IMG/VR virus record: IMGVR_UViG_3300024348_000021
Source of the DNA: an uncultured virus (IMG/VR IMGVR_UViG_3300024348_000021)
Taxonomy: Duplodnaviria > Heunggongvirae > Uroviricota > Caudoviricetes
DNA: 64,000 nt
Reading direction: 5' to 3' (one strand)
Of this stretch, positions 54,901 to 64,000 are shown in pieces. How positions within the stretch are numbered: position 1 is the first letter of the stretch; each line of letters opens with the position of its first letter. The position numbers and the translations under genes are program-made. Under the pieces are notes generated by a model. The model was not told the DNA's origin. It searched no databases and worked only from the letters and a program-made list of their open reading frames with translations.

Positions 54901-56917
54901 TACCTTTCCATTTATTATTATATGTATCAATATTAGTTTGAATCTGTTTGTTCAATACCTTAGCTTGATATATCAATGGCACAATGTTCTGCTTCATCTG
55001 CAATTGCCTAATAGCAGAGAACAATGCGTTTAACTGTTCAGCTTTAGATAGTTTCTGAGAAGGAAGAGCTTTGATATTAGATATCTGTTTGTATACAGCG
55101 TTAAGCTTTTCTAATAACTTGTCAATCTTTTTATTACCTGTTTCTTCTTTTTCAAGACCTACAGGAATTAAATAGTTTTCTTGTATATTCTGTATATTAA
55201 CATCTCCAATCTCCACTGAAGTTAATATAGGAAGTACATTCTCTTTAGCACTACCTCCTTCATATACTGCTCTGATAGGAATCATTCTTGTTTGTTTAAA
55301 GTCTTTATCCTTTAAACTGAACATTGTTTTAATAATAGATTTGTATTGGTCCATTTGTAGGTTCCAAGAATTAACCTTGTACCAAGGAATATCTCCTTTA
55401 GATTTTTCAAGATTAATATCCATAAACTTCCAATCTAAGATGTTTACCTTACCTGATTCTTCAATAGCTAAGAAATCCACTGTGCCTGCAATTCCTCTTT
55501 TCTCATCATATATTGTAACCTCAGCCATGAATCTTGTATTTGGAGGGAAAGAATTTAATCTTGCCTCCAAGTTATCTCTAAGGATTTCATAGTAGTCTCT
55601 GTTGTATGGATCAAGTTGAGACGTGTAATCAGAATCATCTAACATTTTAGGACGTAAGTATCCATTCTCATCTACAAATCTGCTGAATGCATATTGAATA
55701 TCAGAATGTCCTTTTGTACCTTTCTCCATTCTAAAATCATCTAATGACTTAGCATATTCACTTTTAGTTAAATCATTAGCTTTAAATCTTCTAGTGTACC
55801 AATCTTGTACAAGATCACTTACCCTTCTAGGAACTTTCTTTCCATTAATATAATAGAAAGTTTTTATTGTTCCATCAGATTGTACTTCATCTTTAGTAGT
55901 AACTTGATTCTGTAAGTTTTTAATTCCTTGATATACAGCAGCTTGTGAATTACCAGGGGTCTGTAAAAAGAACTCTCCCTCTTCAGCTCTAATATCTTCA
56001 GCTGTACCAATACCTTCTCCTGTAAGAACCTTTATTGCAGCTGTATCAAATCCACTTTCTACAAGTAAATTCTTAAAGAAGCTAATAATCTTTTGCCACC
56101 AAGTTTCTGCTTTAGCCATAAGCTCAGGCTTCTCAACAACACCTTCAGCTTTACCTATTACTACCTCAGCTAATACTTTAGCAATAGCTTCTTTCTTTAA
56201 CTTTCTGATGTTAGGTTTACCATCAGCAGTTTGATAATTTGGATCAGAGCTATATTGATCTATTACTTGTTGTAACATTCTATAGCTACCAATCTCTTTT
56301 AATAATTGATTAAACAATGCAGGATCTTTTTGTTCTAAGATCTCTACAGCAAAGTGCATAGCTTCCTCAGGAAGGGCAATGTCATCTTTACCTTCTACAA
56401 CTTGTAATAGCTTTTGCATTATCAACGCAGCACCATTAGCATCTTGTCTCACACCATCTACAACAATCTTATCTACAGTCTGCATGTCTACTCCTATTCT
56501 ATTTAAGAAGTCTTTAATGACTACTAATGTTTTAGGAGAAGCTTTAGAGCTTTCTAATTGTCCTTTCTTAGAGAACAATACTTGCTGTGGGTTTAGTTTA
56601 TTAAATTCTTTTTCAGCAATAGGGTGAACATCAATAGTTACCTTTGAATTCATTCCTGATGATGTGGTCTTAAGCTTTACTATATTTCCACCATACTTCT
56701 TATTGATGCTATCAATAAGGTTTCTTTGCTTTTGATTTTGTGCTGTACCAGAAGAAGAGAATAAATAGGTAGCGTCATCACCATCCCCATACTTTCTAAA
56801 TAGCTTAGAGCTAGTGACTTCCTTCCAAGCATCGTTGTAGATGGTTGTAAGTCTATCAGCTAATGCAGGATAGTTCTTTCTGTATTGATTCTCTATGTAT
56901 CTTACTTTACAAATCAT
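51956..56917 (-). CDS. large virion cargo (ejected) protein with zincin-like and PD-(D/E)XK nuclease domains
   Basis: LPEEAMHF...KEAIAK; KGTKGH...AEVTIYD...IAGTVDFL...ILDWK...QMDQY; adjacent to the virion RNAP. Confidence 0.6.
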   Translation of the reverse strand: MICKVRYIENQYRKNYPALADRLTTIYNDAWKEVTSSKLFRKYGDGDDATYLFSSSGTAQNQKQRNLIDSINKKYGGNIVKLKTTSSGMNSKVTIDVHPIAEKEFNKLNPQQVLFSKKGQLESSKASPKTLVVIKDFLNRIGVDMQTVDKIVVDGVRQDANGAALIMQKLLQVVEGKDDIALPEEAMHFAVEILEQKDPALFNQLLKEIGSYRMLQQVIDQYSSDPNYQTADGKPNIRKLKKEAIAKVLAEVVIGKAEGVVEKPELMAKAETWWQKIISFFKNLLVESGFDTAAIKVLTGEGIGTAEDIRAEEGEFFLQTPGNSQAAVYQGIKNLQNQVTTKDEVQSDGTIKTFYYINGKKVPRRVSDLVQDWYTRRFKANDLTKSEYAKSLDDFRMEKGTKGHSDIQYAFSRFVDENGYLRPKMLDDSDYTSQLDPYNRDYYEILRDNLEARLNSFPPNTRFMAEVTIYDEKRGIAGTVDFLAIEESGKVNILDWKFMDINLEKSKGDIPWYKVNSWNLQMDQYKSIIKTMFSLKDKDFKQTRMIPIRAVYEGGSAKENVLPILTSVEIGDVNIQNIQENYLIPVGLEKEETGNKKIDKLLEKLNAVYKQISNIKALPSQKLSKAEQLNALFSAIRQLQMKQNIVPLIYQAKVLNKQIQTNIDTYNNKWKGTDPKSFSMEEIDEFTDSIIGAQEAIQTYATLDTDLKFLFQGELSEEDKKLREDLRDAADNARDLNTELLEVMDEFADKIVANRQGISDILKPEKIVRGFAKWFSSTSITQVKAIQVLYRMANKAFGIGAQQTLDETKKLQTLQTAYEEWAKSKGLIPKNYFDILMKKGENKLIDQYDPQFYKELTKNVGEKNFDWIKDNIDISEYNKFLKERLEKETEYINEKARVEEGEEREKAIQQEIAKAERMYDTSTTEGLGWLQYDLIKKFPKEKWESAEWKELKNVKPAKDFYDYIIERNNYYQSIGYIHAKEARVFLPWVRKGMMEKLIFGGKIAIGEQFLRNISVDEGDLGYGETDPLTGRPVNRVPIYLTRELETDYSTDLFRNMALYNEMAIKFKQMSDIEAQARLLISVERNKKAIATSRYGKTITNEKGELEYTPDNTENTQLLEDMVKGIVYGQKYIESETFDQLLGKMGNFGESLNNGLAKLGVNSRIFPENIASRQFSVNKVLNQINNTYQINALGFNVLSALSNLFGGTAQSIINAGTYFTHEEFAATEYWMMLGKMTGNDKDKRIAALEYFLPLTDNYNKEIAKTLSISKLSQENIQEFLMILMRKSDLYVQSANFFSFLSNTIIVDGEVVNAREYLRKQPDYQKKYQGTAEEQKAFKQKFEDDVKKLIEDKGIMKVATIKDGKLEIPGVERSSDSVLELRRKVQSLSKAALGNLSEDDIRKINLNIYGKSFMLFKNWIPRLVDVRYGNLKFNAGSDAYEWGRMRNVFRIMSEDIRGSLSNLYNTLQGNEKGVDFMRKLFEKKKADYESDTGKELEMDEVAFMDLNVKNVKAQLLDTIFLLTLVSLYAGVKAYAPDDDELSKNQHRFFVKATDKLKDELLYFYNPTSILNLVSQGFFPAKGLIENYVKFFNNFMLENYYIVTGDEKAADKNFVLKYGMKAVPGLNQFASWLPMFYPQAAKDLGIRAQAQYGFVR

Positions 56918-56920
56918 GCT

Positions 56921-59900
56921 TTATTGTTTTGTTCCACAAGGGGTAGGGTTATCAGATCCTTCTGTATCATCTGTATTAACATCTTCAAATTCTATATCTA
57001 TTACACTAGGAATGCCACCTAATTTATCCAATGCTGCAATTGTAGCTCTTGTTTCAATATCAACTTTATCATCTGTTAATAAGTCTTTACCATTCTTCCA
57101 ATAGACATCTATGTCATTGTTCTCAACATGATTTTTTTCATGTAACACTAGAAAGTTAGTAATCTTATCAACACTGTTTAATATAGTCTTAAGAACATCA
57201 ATTGTATATCCTTTATCAGCTAACTTATTTAAAACCTTAGCTTTTTGTTCAGATGTAGGTCCACCTTCTTTACCTTCAAAGTAGTTAAAGAATTCATCCA
57301 CACTTTTAGGAGGATTAATTGTAATAGTACCAAGTTTACTTGCCTGTGCAAATCTCTTAGTGCCATCAGCATTCTTTAGTTTCTCATCTGTCACGTAGTC
57401 TGGAATTTGAATGTATGGTTCTGTTGATTGCGAAGATACAAAATTTTGTTCACCTAATTCATTAAAATATATACGAATTTCATCGTCAGAAATCTCATTC
57501 TCAATCTTCTCTGTGCCATTATTTAATACAGACTTTCTGCTATCAGTATAGTATTCAGATACTAATCTACCATCTCCACGTAAGTTAATAAGTTTATAAA
57601 CATGTTTATTAATTACCTCACCTTTGTAGGTTGTAGTTTGATATGTTACAGGAGTACCATCATCATAGTATACCTTCTTATAACCATATACATTCTTTAA
57701 TGACATATCTCCTTGGTTCTTTCTCTCTACATAGCTGTAGTTTGTAATAGATAATCCTGTCTTCATATCTACTCTTTCACCACCTTTTATTTGTACCACT
57801 CTAGGTACTAACAAGTAGTCATTGCTAAGATAGAAACTATCATACTCTTCACTTAACGCTAATATTCTTCTGTCTGTAGAAAGACCAAACTTATCAATGT
57901 TAGGGAAATAATCAGAGGATTGATATTGATAAATGTCACCAATAATATCACCAAAGTCATTTACCTGTACATCTACTGGAGCTTCATCAGCTAACCAAAA
58001 CTTAGGTTCAAACTTTTTAAATACCTTATTGTCTTTCCAGTTGTTTCTTTGGAAACCTCCATCTGCAAAAGCATCTAATGATTCATCATACATCAAAGGT
58101 GCCATGATAGGAGCAACGTATTTACTAGAATCCTCAATAGGAATAATGCTAGCAATACTTACACCATTCTCATATGTACCTTGTAAGAGAGCCATCTTAA
58201 CTAAGTCTTTATATAAAGCATTAGTACTAGGAGTATCTCTTAATTGTCTCATATATCCTATGTATAAGTTCTTATCATATGCACTTCCTTTAATATTCAC
58301 AGTTAACTTAACACTCATTACACCATCTGGTCTTGGAGAACTAATCACCTTAAAATCATTCAAGATAGGATTAGAACTTATCTTCTTAGCTTCTTCTAAT
58401 TGAGCAGATACAGAGGTCTTTGGATTTACAAATAATTTATTTATCTCTGAGTTAAATCCTGTCTTTGTTTGTATAATATAATCTAAGAAGCTGGCTTTCA
58501 ACTTGTTAGCTATTCTTTCAAAGTCATCTGCACCAACATATTTATTTCTAGCATATGGTTTTAATAATGGGTCAATTACATTAATTCTAAATTGATCTTG
58601 CTCAAGCTTTAATATTACTCCCATTCCTTCCATAGATAAGTCAAGATAATGTCTTTGCTTAGCAATAAATATCTTAGGATTCTCAGGATCTAATAGTTCA
58701 GCAATGCCACTAAATGGACTTCTTGCTATGGTTATATCAGTTCTAACCTGCTTCTTAAACAAGGTATCACCACTTCTATATCTAGTGGTATCATAGTTAA
58801 TAGCCTGTGTAAGGTCAAAGTTATATTCAGCTAACTTAGCATATTTCAAGAACTCATTAAGAATTGCATGTTGTTCAGCATTTCTTTCAATGCCTAATTC
58901 GTTACCTGCATAGTAATCAGCAATGTTTGCCTCTAAGTTACTTATATCTATTCTTGCTGTCTCAATAGCCTTATTTGTTGTAACAAAGTTACTTTTAATA
59001 CTATCAATATCAAATTTACTAAATAGACCCTTTTTATTTTGGCTATCAAGTTGTTTTAAGTATTCTCTAATAATAGGCTGGCTCATAAAAATACCAGTGT
59101 ATTCACCTGCACCTATTCTCTCTAAGAACATAAAAGTACCTACAGATAAGTCACTAGTAACAAGTTCAACAATATATGGTTTATTAGCTACGTCCACAAA
59201 TGATGTACCATATCCAGATAGTCTAGATGATATGTATTGTTTTTTACCATCAGCTGTCTTAGTTCCTGATAATGAAGCATATTCTTTATCACCAATCTTC
59301 ACTTTGTTATGAGGCAAGATAATACTACCATCTCCAATAAATTTTCTATCTTGCTGTGGTAACATGAAGAATCTTTCTGGGTTCAAATATATCTGACCCT
59401 TTTGGAATAGAGAGTGACTTGTAATATTTGTAGCAGCAATACCTATCCATCTTTTAGCTGTTACAAAGTAGTGTCTTAACTTAGTCATAAAGTTTCTGTT
59501 AAGAATCTTGTTCTTAACTTGATCACCTTTAGGATTAACTAGTTTGCCTATTCTAACAGAAAGCTTTTCTAATCCAGCATCATTTACAGGAGAAATAAGT
59601 CTTTCAAAGTTCTCAGGTAGAGTTAATAACTCTTCCATGCTATCATAGTACTCATTCTCAAGAGAACGCTTATACATATCTTTTACATAATCTTCTCTAA
59701 GAGAATTACTAAGTATATCCTTTGTCAGCTTTTCTTTATTAATAGATAAGTCTTCAATTTGCTTATTCATGTAATCTACAGCTGTAATATCTTTTTGTGC
59801 AGCTTGATCAGTGATTGCTTTGAATATAGATAAACGATCGTAGAAGAAGTCAAGCTCAGAAGGAGTAAGTGCACTCTCCAAAGATTCTGGACTGGCAGCA

Positions 59901-62900
59901 CCTTCTATTCTTTCTAGCTTTGATAATACATCTACTAATTTACTTCTGAATTCTTCAAACTCTTCAATTTTATCTATGTCTCTTTGGATGGTATCTTTAT
60001 ATACACCTCTGAAGAAGTCTTTTGTAGCTTCCTCAGAACCTAACCACTTTACTAAACGTATGTTACCATTCACATCTATGTATATAGATTTCAAATATGT
60101 ATTTAACTTATCTATATCAAAGTCAGATCCAGCAAGAGTAGTGATTTCAGAAGGTACAACAACAGATTCTCCCATGAATTGAGGTAAGAACTTTTTCACT
60201 CTGAATGTTACCAGAGAGCTTAATTCTTGTGCAGGAACACGAAATCCTATACCTCTTAAGATAGATTTACCTTCCTCTGTAATATTTAAGTAGTTAATGA
60301 TTTCTTCATCAGTCGTATACTTAGTAGTCTTTCTAAGCGTATCACCAAACCAATGAGGTAACATGATTTCCATGTATGGATCATCTTTGGTATAAAACTT
60401 AAGTGTATCATCTGTTAATACTACCTTCTTCTTCTCCTCATCAGATAGTTTGTCATAGTCTTCTCTAGATATTTCTTTATATCCATCCTCAGTTTTGATA
60501 GCTAATCTTCTTCCTTTCTCTAAGTTTTCCCATCCTGTAACACTCACCTGTACCTTAGGACCACCATTCACTTTAGGAGAAACCATAGTCTTTTGTACAA
60601 CAGAGTATAGGATATCTTTAATTTGCTTGTAAGAAGGAGACGCTTCAAAAGGAATAGGGAACTCACCTTTACTATCTAATTGAACTGTATCCTTAGCATT
60701 CTCATCTAACTCTCTTCTAAGCATCTCATATACTAATGTATTAGATACAGCTTGTTTGTTTGCTAATATAAACTCAGTGCCTAAATCCTCAATACCTAAT
60801 CTTTCTAACAAAACATTATATGCATTCTCATGCATTAAGTCCAATATATTATTGTTTCTATCTGTTGCTTCTTTAGCTCTTTGACTAACAGGTACACCAT
60901 TATCAAACAAGTCTACAGTAACTAACTTAGTAGGTTGACTACCACGTGTTTGTGCTTTGACAACATCATAGTTAGTTTCTACTTGGATGCCATAAGCTTT
61001 CCAAGGAACTTGAACTAAGTTGTTAAATGGTTCTGGGTTTAACTTACCATCTTTGTATAAGTCAAATGCTTCTGTTGTACCCATCTTTCTACCACTCTCT
61101 AAAATAGCATAACCAATCTTCTCTTCCCACATCTTTATATAAAGTCCTTCTAATGTAGTTCCTTCAATAGCTTGATAATACAAAGGCAGTTGTGAGAACT
61201 TATCTAGTACTAATTCAAAGTATGTCTTACCTAACTTGTTACCAGTTACAATAGGCTTCAATACTTCTACACCATATTTAGGTACAGGAGTTTCAATTAA
61301 TGCTGCGTCTTGTTTTTTAAGTGTATCATTGGTATATGTATATTTACCTTTGGCAGCCATTCTGTTTCTAGTGTAAGCCATTTGCCATTGGTGGAATATT
61401 TCTGCTTCATCTGTCCACTGAGCGTTCTTTAACTTCACCTCTCTGTTTGTAGTATCCATGATCCAAGACTGAGCATCTGCTTCTTTTGTTCTGCCCATTA
61501 ACCCACCTTCCACATATATCTCTTTGATAGTCACTGTGTTAGTATGAGATTTATGTTTATGATAACCAAGATCATCAGGTGTTAATTCAATCTCACCAGC
61601 TTTATTGAATTCATTATTAAGAAACTCATTGTATTCTGGCATATCAAATGTTGTTCTTCTTGGAGATAAGAAAGACTTAATACGTTTAGTTTCTTCTGAC
61701 TCACCTTCTTTTAAAGCAAACTGATATGGATCACCAAATAAGATCTTATGGAATTCAATGTTGCTTATGACATAGTTGATATTTACATACTCAATAAGGT
61801 TTCTTAACTTTTCGTCTGTAAGATTATATCTATTGATTCCAGATATCTTAGCAAATACACTATTAAGCATTGGGTATGCTAAAGCTTTACCATTTGCACT
61901 AGGAACTACTTGTCCATATTCTTTAAGCGTAGCAATTGTATCGTTTATATATTCGTCAAAATATGACTTTATAGAACCATTAATCTCCTCTTCATTCTCA
62001 GCTATAAAGGCAATCACTTCCTCATCAGAAGCAGACTTCATTACTAATTCAGTATTGATCTTAGCTAACATATCTTCAGATAGAATGTCTTTGAAGAAAC
62101 GCAAGTCATAAGCTCTATTGCCTATATTCTTAAGTTTCTTTCTTACATCAGCATCTTTAGCTAAAGCAATATCATCTTTTAAGTATCCTTGGAATATCTT
62201 ATATGTAGTATCCCATCCTATTTTAGTACCAAATTGTTTAAATGGAACATTTATACCAAGGTCCATTTGCCATTCTGTACTACTTTCAGCAGGAAGTAAT
62301 ATATAGAATCTACCATTAACATTTTCATTAATCTCTTGTGTATATCTATTACCAAGTGTTAGTTTACTTGTAGAAGTACCATCATCTGTATCAACATCTT
62401 TAGTACCTTGAATATATCCTACTTTAAGATCTCGTTTAATATTACCATCTTCATCAATATATAATCCATCTTTCTTTAAGATGAGACTGTTTGTAGAGAA
62501 TGGATCATTTAATTCTGGTCTAGCTTGCTTAAGGTTTTCTAATGTACCAGCTTCTCTCCATTCATTCTCAAATACAGAAGAATTATTATTTTCTGCATAG
62601 CCATTAGTTCTTTCTCCTTCCACATTAATATGCGTAGGATCAAAGTTAGGATTAGTAACTCTAACTAACATTTCACCCATAGCATTTAATGGTCCCTTGA
62701 TATCTAATAACTTACTGGTAACACTACTTAGTATATCACTCTTACTACGAAGAGATGTTAAAAGACCTCCTATTGCTCTACCAAATACATTCTTTTCTCT
62801 AGTGGTAAGTTTATTGTATACATCAATTGGAAAGATTACACCTATCTTACTTAAGAAGTCTACCATTTGCTCAGGGTTCTTAATCTCTATATTAGATAGG

Positions 62901-64000
62901 TCACCCACCTTGTAAACCTTATTTGGTTTATCAAGAACAATAAGAGACTTACTATCTTTAGATAAAGCTTTGATACCTTCAATCCAACCCTCTACTACAT
63001 CATCTATAGCATCAGATAATTCTGCAGATCCTGTATACACCTCATCATCAGAAACATATTGTATACGTGCATTAGGATGTTGCTTAGTAAATGTTTGGTA
63101 GAAGTTAATAAATAATCTCCAGTCATGAGCTTGGAACTTAGAATAGTCTATAGCTGTTTCCTTATTTTCAGAACCTAATTTATCTATAGTTCCACCAAGT
63201 TTAGACCATAATCTTACATAGTTACTATCTTGCTTAGCTAGAGTAAGTAGTTTATCTACCACCTTACCTATAGAAGATGTATTAGAAATCTTATTCAATA
63301 TAGTGGCAAACGCTCTACTAAAGTTCAATAACATGAAGCCTTTTGCACTACCTGAAATTACTTCATCAGGCATTTGTAAACGTAATGCATTCTCTTGATT
63401 AGTAGGTACAGTTAAAACTAATGACCCTACAGTAATCTTGATTGGGAAACTAGATTGTTTCTTCCAGTCTACAGAGAATGGTTCTGGTGCATAGTCACGA
63501 TTAGTATTATCATCATTATTAAAAACAATAACATTATTCTCATCAAATTGAATCTTGAATGTGCGTAAGAACTCTCTTGATTTCTTAACCAGCTGACTCC
63601 AACCTTCTTCACCTAACACATCTAGCTTTCCTTCCTCAGCAAATTCTTCTTTGATTGTATCAAATATCTCAGGAGAAGTTAATAACTTAGGATTATATAA
63701 GTCCATGTTTTTGCTAAACACTTCAAAGAAGAATCTAGCAGCCACGTCCTGAACTGACTCGTGTGTAGTGGGTTCATCAAGACCAGGGATAACGCTCCAC
63801 TGTGTAAGTTGATTATATACAGCAGGATTTAACTTAGTATCTTTAAATCTACCAGCCTCAATAGTTTTGAATAACTCATCTTTCTTAGATGGTTTATTTA
63901 CAAACTCTCTAACAAATTGTATGATACTTCTGAAGAATTTTAATATTCTTTCACCAATACTTTTAGCAGGTAACTTACCTAATCTAAAGTCAGCAAAGTC
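56921..64000 (-). CDS. crAss-like virion-packaged RNA polymerase (5' end outside the window)
   Basis: GSDFDIDK catalytic motif (DFDID at 60110-60124), GFRVPAQ, DAQ, FVDVAN; frame stays open to base 64000. Confidence 0.85.
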   Translation of the reverse strand, partial: DFADFRLGKLPAKSIGERILKFFRSIIQFVREFVNKPSKKDELFKTIEAGRFKDTKLNPAVYNQLTQWSVIPGLDEPTTHESVQDVAARFFFEVFSKNMDLYNPKLLTSPEIFDTIKEEFAEEGKLDVLGEEGWSQLVKKSREFLRTFKIQFDENNVIVFNNDDNTNRDYAPEPFSVDWKKQSSFPIKITVGSLVLTVPTNQENALRLQMPDEVISGSAKGFMLLNFSRAFATILNKISNTSSIGKVVDKLLTLAKQDSNYVRLWSKLGGTIDKLGSENKETAIDYSKFQAHDWRLFINFYQTFTKQHPNARIQYVSDDEVYTGSAELSDAIDDVVEGWIEGIKALSKDSKSLIVLDKPNKVYKVGDLSNIEIKNPEQMVDFLSKIGVIFPIDVYNKLTTREKNVFGRAIGGLLTSLRSKSDILSSVTSKLLDIKGPLNAMGEMLVRVTNPNFDPTHINVEGERTNGYAENNNSSVFENEWREAGTLENLKQARPELNDPFSTNSLILKKDGLYIDEDGNIKRDLKVGYIQGTKDVDTDDGTSTSKLTLGNRYTQEINENVNGRFYILLPAESSTEWQMDLGINVPFKQFGTKIGWDTTYKIFQGYLKDDIALAKDADVRKKLKNIGNRAYDLRFFKDILSEDMLAKINTELVMKSASDEEVIAFIAENEEEINGSIKSYFDEYINDTIATLKEYGQVVPSANGKALAYPMLNSVFAKISGINRYNLTDEKLRNLIEYVNINYVISNIEFHKILFGDPYQFALKEGESEETKRIKSFLSPRRTTFDMPEYNEFLNNEFNKAGEIELTPDDLGYHKHKSHTNTVTIKEIYVEGGLMGRTKEADAQSWIMDTTNREVKLKNAQWTDEAEIFHQWQMAYTRNRMAAKGKYTYTNDTLKKQDAALIETPVPKYGVEVLKPIVTGNKLGKTYFELVLDKFSQLPLYYQAIEGTTLEGLYIKMWEEKIGYAILESGRKMGTTEAFDLYKDGKLNPEPFNNLVQVPWKAYGIQVETNYDVVKAQTRGSQPTKLVTVDLFDNGVPVSQRAKEATDRNNNILDLMHENAYNVLLERLGIEDLGTEFILANKQAVSNTLVYEMLRRELDENAKDTVQLDSKGEFPIPFEASPSYKQIKDILYSVVQKTMVSPKVNGGPKVQVSVTGWENLEKGRRLAIKTEDGYKEISREDYDKLSDEEKKKVVLTDDTLKFYTKDDPYMEIMLPHWFGDTLRKTTKYTTDEEIINYLNITEEGKSILRGIGFRVPAQELSSLVTFRVKKFLPQFMGESVVVPSEITTLAGSDFDIDKLNTYLKSIYIDVNGNIRLVKWLGSEEATKDFFRGVYKDTIQRDIDKIEEFEEFRSKLVDVLSKLERIEGAASPESLESALTPSELDFFYDRLSIFKAITDQAAQKDITAVDYMNKQIEDLSINKEKLTKDILSNSLREDYVKDMYKRSLENEYYDSMEELLTLPENFERLISPVNDAGLEKLSVRIGKLVNPKGDQVKNKILNRNFMTKLRHYFVTAKRWIGIAATNITSHSLFQKGQIYLNPERFFMLPQQDRKFIGDGSIILPHNKVKIGDKEYASLSGTKTADGKKQYISSRLSGYGTSFVDVANKPYIVELVTSDLSVGTFMFLERIGAGEYTGIFMSQPIIREYLKQLDSQNKKGLFSKFDIDSIKSNFVTTNKAIETARIDISNLEANIADYYAGNELGIERNAEQHAILNEFLKYAKLAEYNFDLTQAINYDTTRYRSGDTLFKKQVRTDITIARSPFSGIAELLDPENPKIFIAKQRHYLDLSMEGMGVILKLEQDQFRINVIDPLLKPYARNKYVGADDFERIANKLKASFLDYIIQTKTGFNSEINKLFVNPKTSVSAQLEEAKKISSNPILNDFKVISSPRPDGVMSVKLTVNIKGSAYDKNLYIGYMRQLRDTPSTNALYKDLVKMALLQGTYENGVSIASIIPIEDSSKYVAPIMAPLMYDESLDAFADGGFQRNNWKDNKVFKKFEPKFWLADEAPVDVQVNDFGDIIGDIYQYQSSDYFPNIDKFGLSTDRRILALSEEYDSFYLSNDYLLVPRVVQIKGGERVDMKTGLSITNYSYVERKNQGDMSLKNVYGYKKVYYDDGTPVTYQTTTYKGEVINKHVYKLINLRGDGRLVSEYYTDSRKSVLNNGTEKIENEISDDEIRIYFNELGEQNFVSSQSTEPYIQIPDYVTDEKLKNADGTKRFAQASKLGTITINPPKSVDEFFNYFEGKEGGPTSEQKAKVLNKLADKGYTIDVLKTILNSVDKITNFLVLHEKNHVENNDIDVYWKNGKDLLTDDKVDIETRATIAALDKLGGIPSVIDIEFEDVNTDDTEGSDNPTPCGTKQ

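Noticed and set aside
52623..62915. Plus-strand ORFs opposite the cargo and RNAP genes
   Set aside because: Antisense shadows rich in Ser/Leu/Phe from the coding bias of the real minus-strand genes.
1..64000. Stop-codon reassignment (TAG or TGA), as in some crAss-like phages
   Set aside because: Long genes are intact under code 11, and TAG/TGA end genes at tight junctions (e.g. 5812, 7640, 14824, 1702, 2760); no suppressor tRNA seen.

Overview
A 64-kb, AT-rich, gene-dense segment of a lytic tailed phage of the crAss-like type infecting Bacteroidota. The assignment rests on a giant virion RNA polymerase with a DFDID motif, a crAss-type replication gene order and repeated Bacteroidota TTTG-N~20-TAnnTTTG promoters. 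It uses the standard genetic code; no tRNA, CRISPR array, integrase or DNA polymerase was seen. 1-23006 (+) is the replication/nucleotide arm: initiator-like protein, DnaB, SF2 helicase, Sak4-like ATPase, SSB, primase, UDG, rIIA/rIIB, HNH, exonuclease, class II RNR, RecA, dUTPase, GroES, GT2 and a methyltransferase. 23167-33129 (-) holds Lys-rich proteins with xxGG motifs, a ferritin-like protein, poly-Thr microproteins around a glycosyltransferase, a BclA-like protein and the lysis genes. 33187-42890 (+) is an inverted modification operon: APS kinase, nucleotidyltransferase, sulfotransferase, methyltransferase, four glycosyltransferases and 2OG-Fe(II) oxygenases. 42926-64000 (-) holds a further oxygenase, five paralogous Gly-Thr-Ser/collagen fibre proteins, a large cargo protein and the virion RNAP. 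The best candidate for a new system is a phage-encoded protein O-glycosylation, sulfation and hydroxylation pathway: a plant SGT1/HPAT-like transferase and an Aah/TibC-like transferase encoded beside mucin-like Ser/Thr-rich virion proteins. Two candidate structured RNAs and several ORFs missing from the supplied track are also reported. All family calls come from motif recognition by eye; no searches were run.
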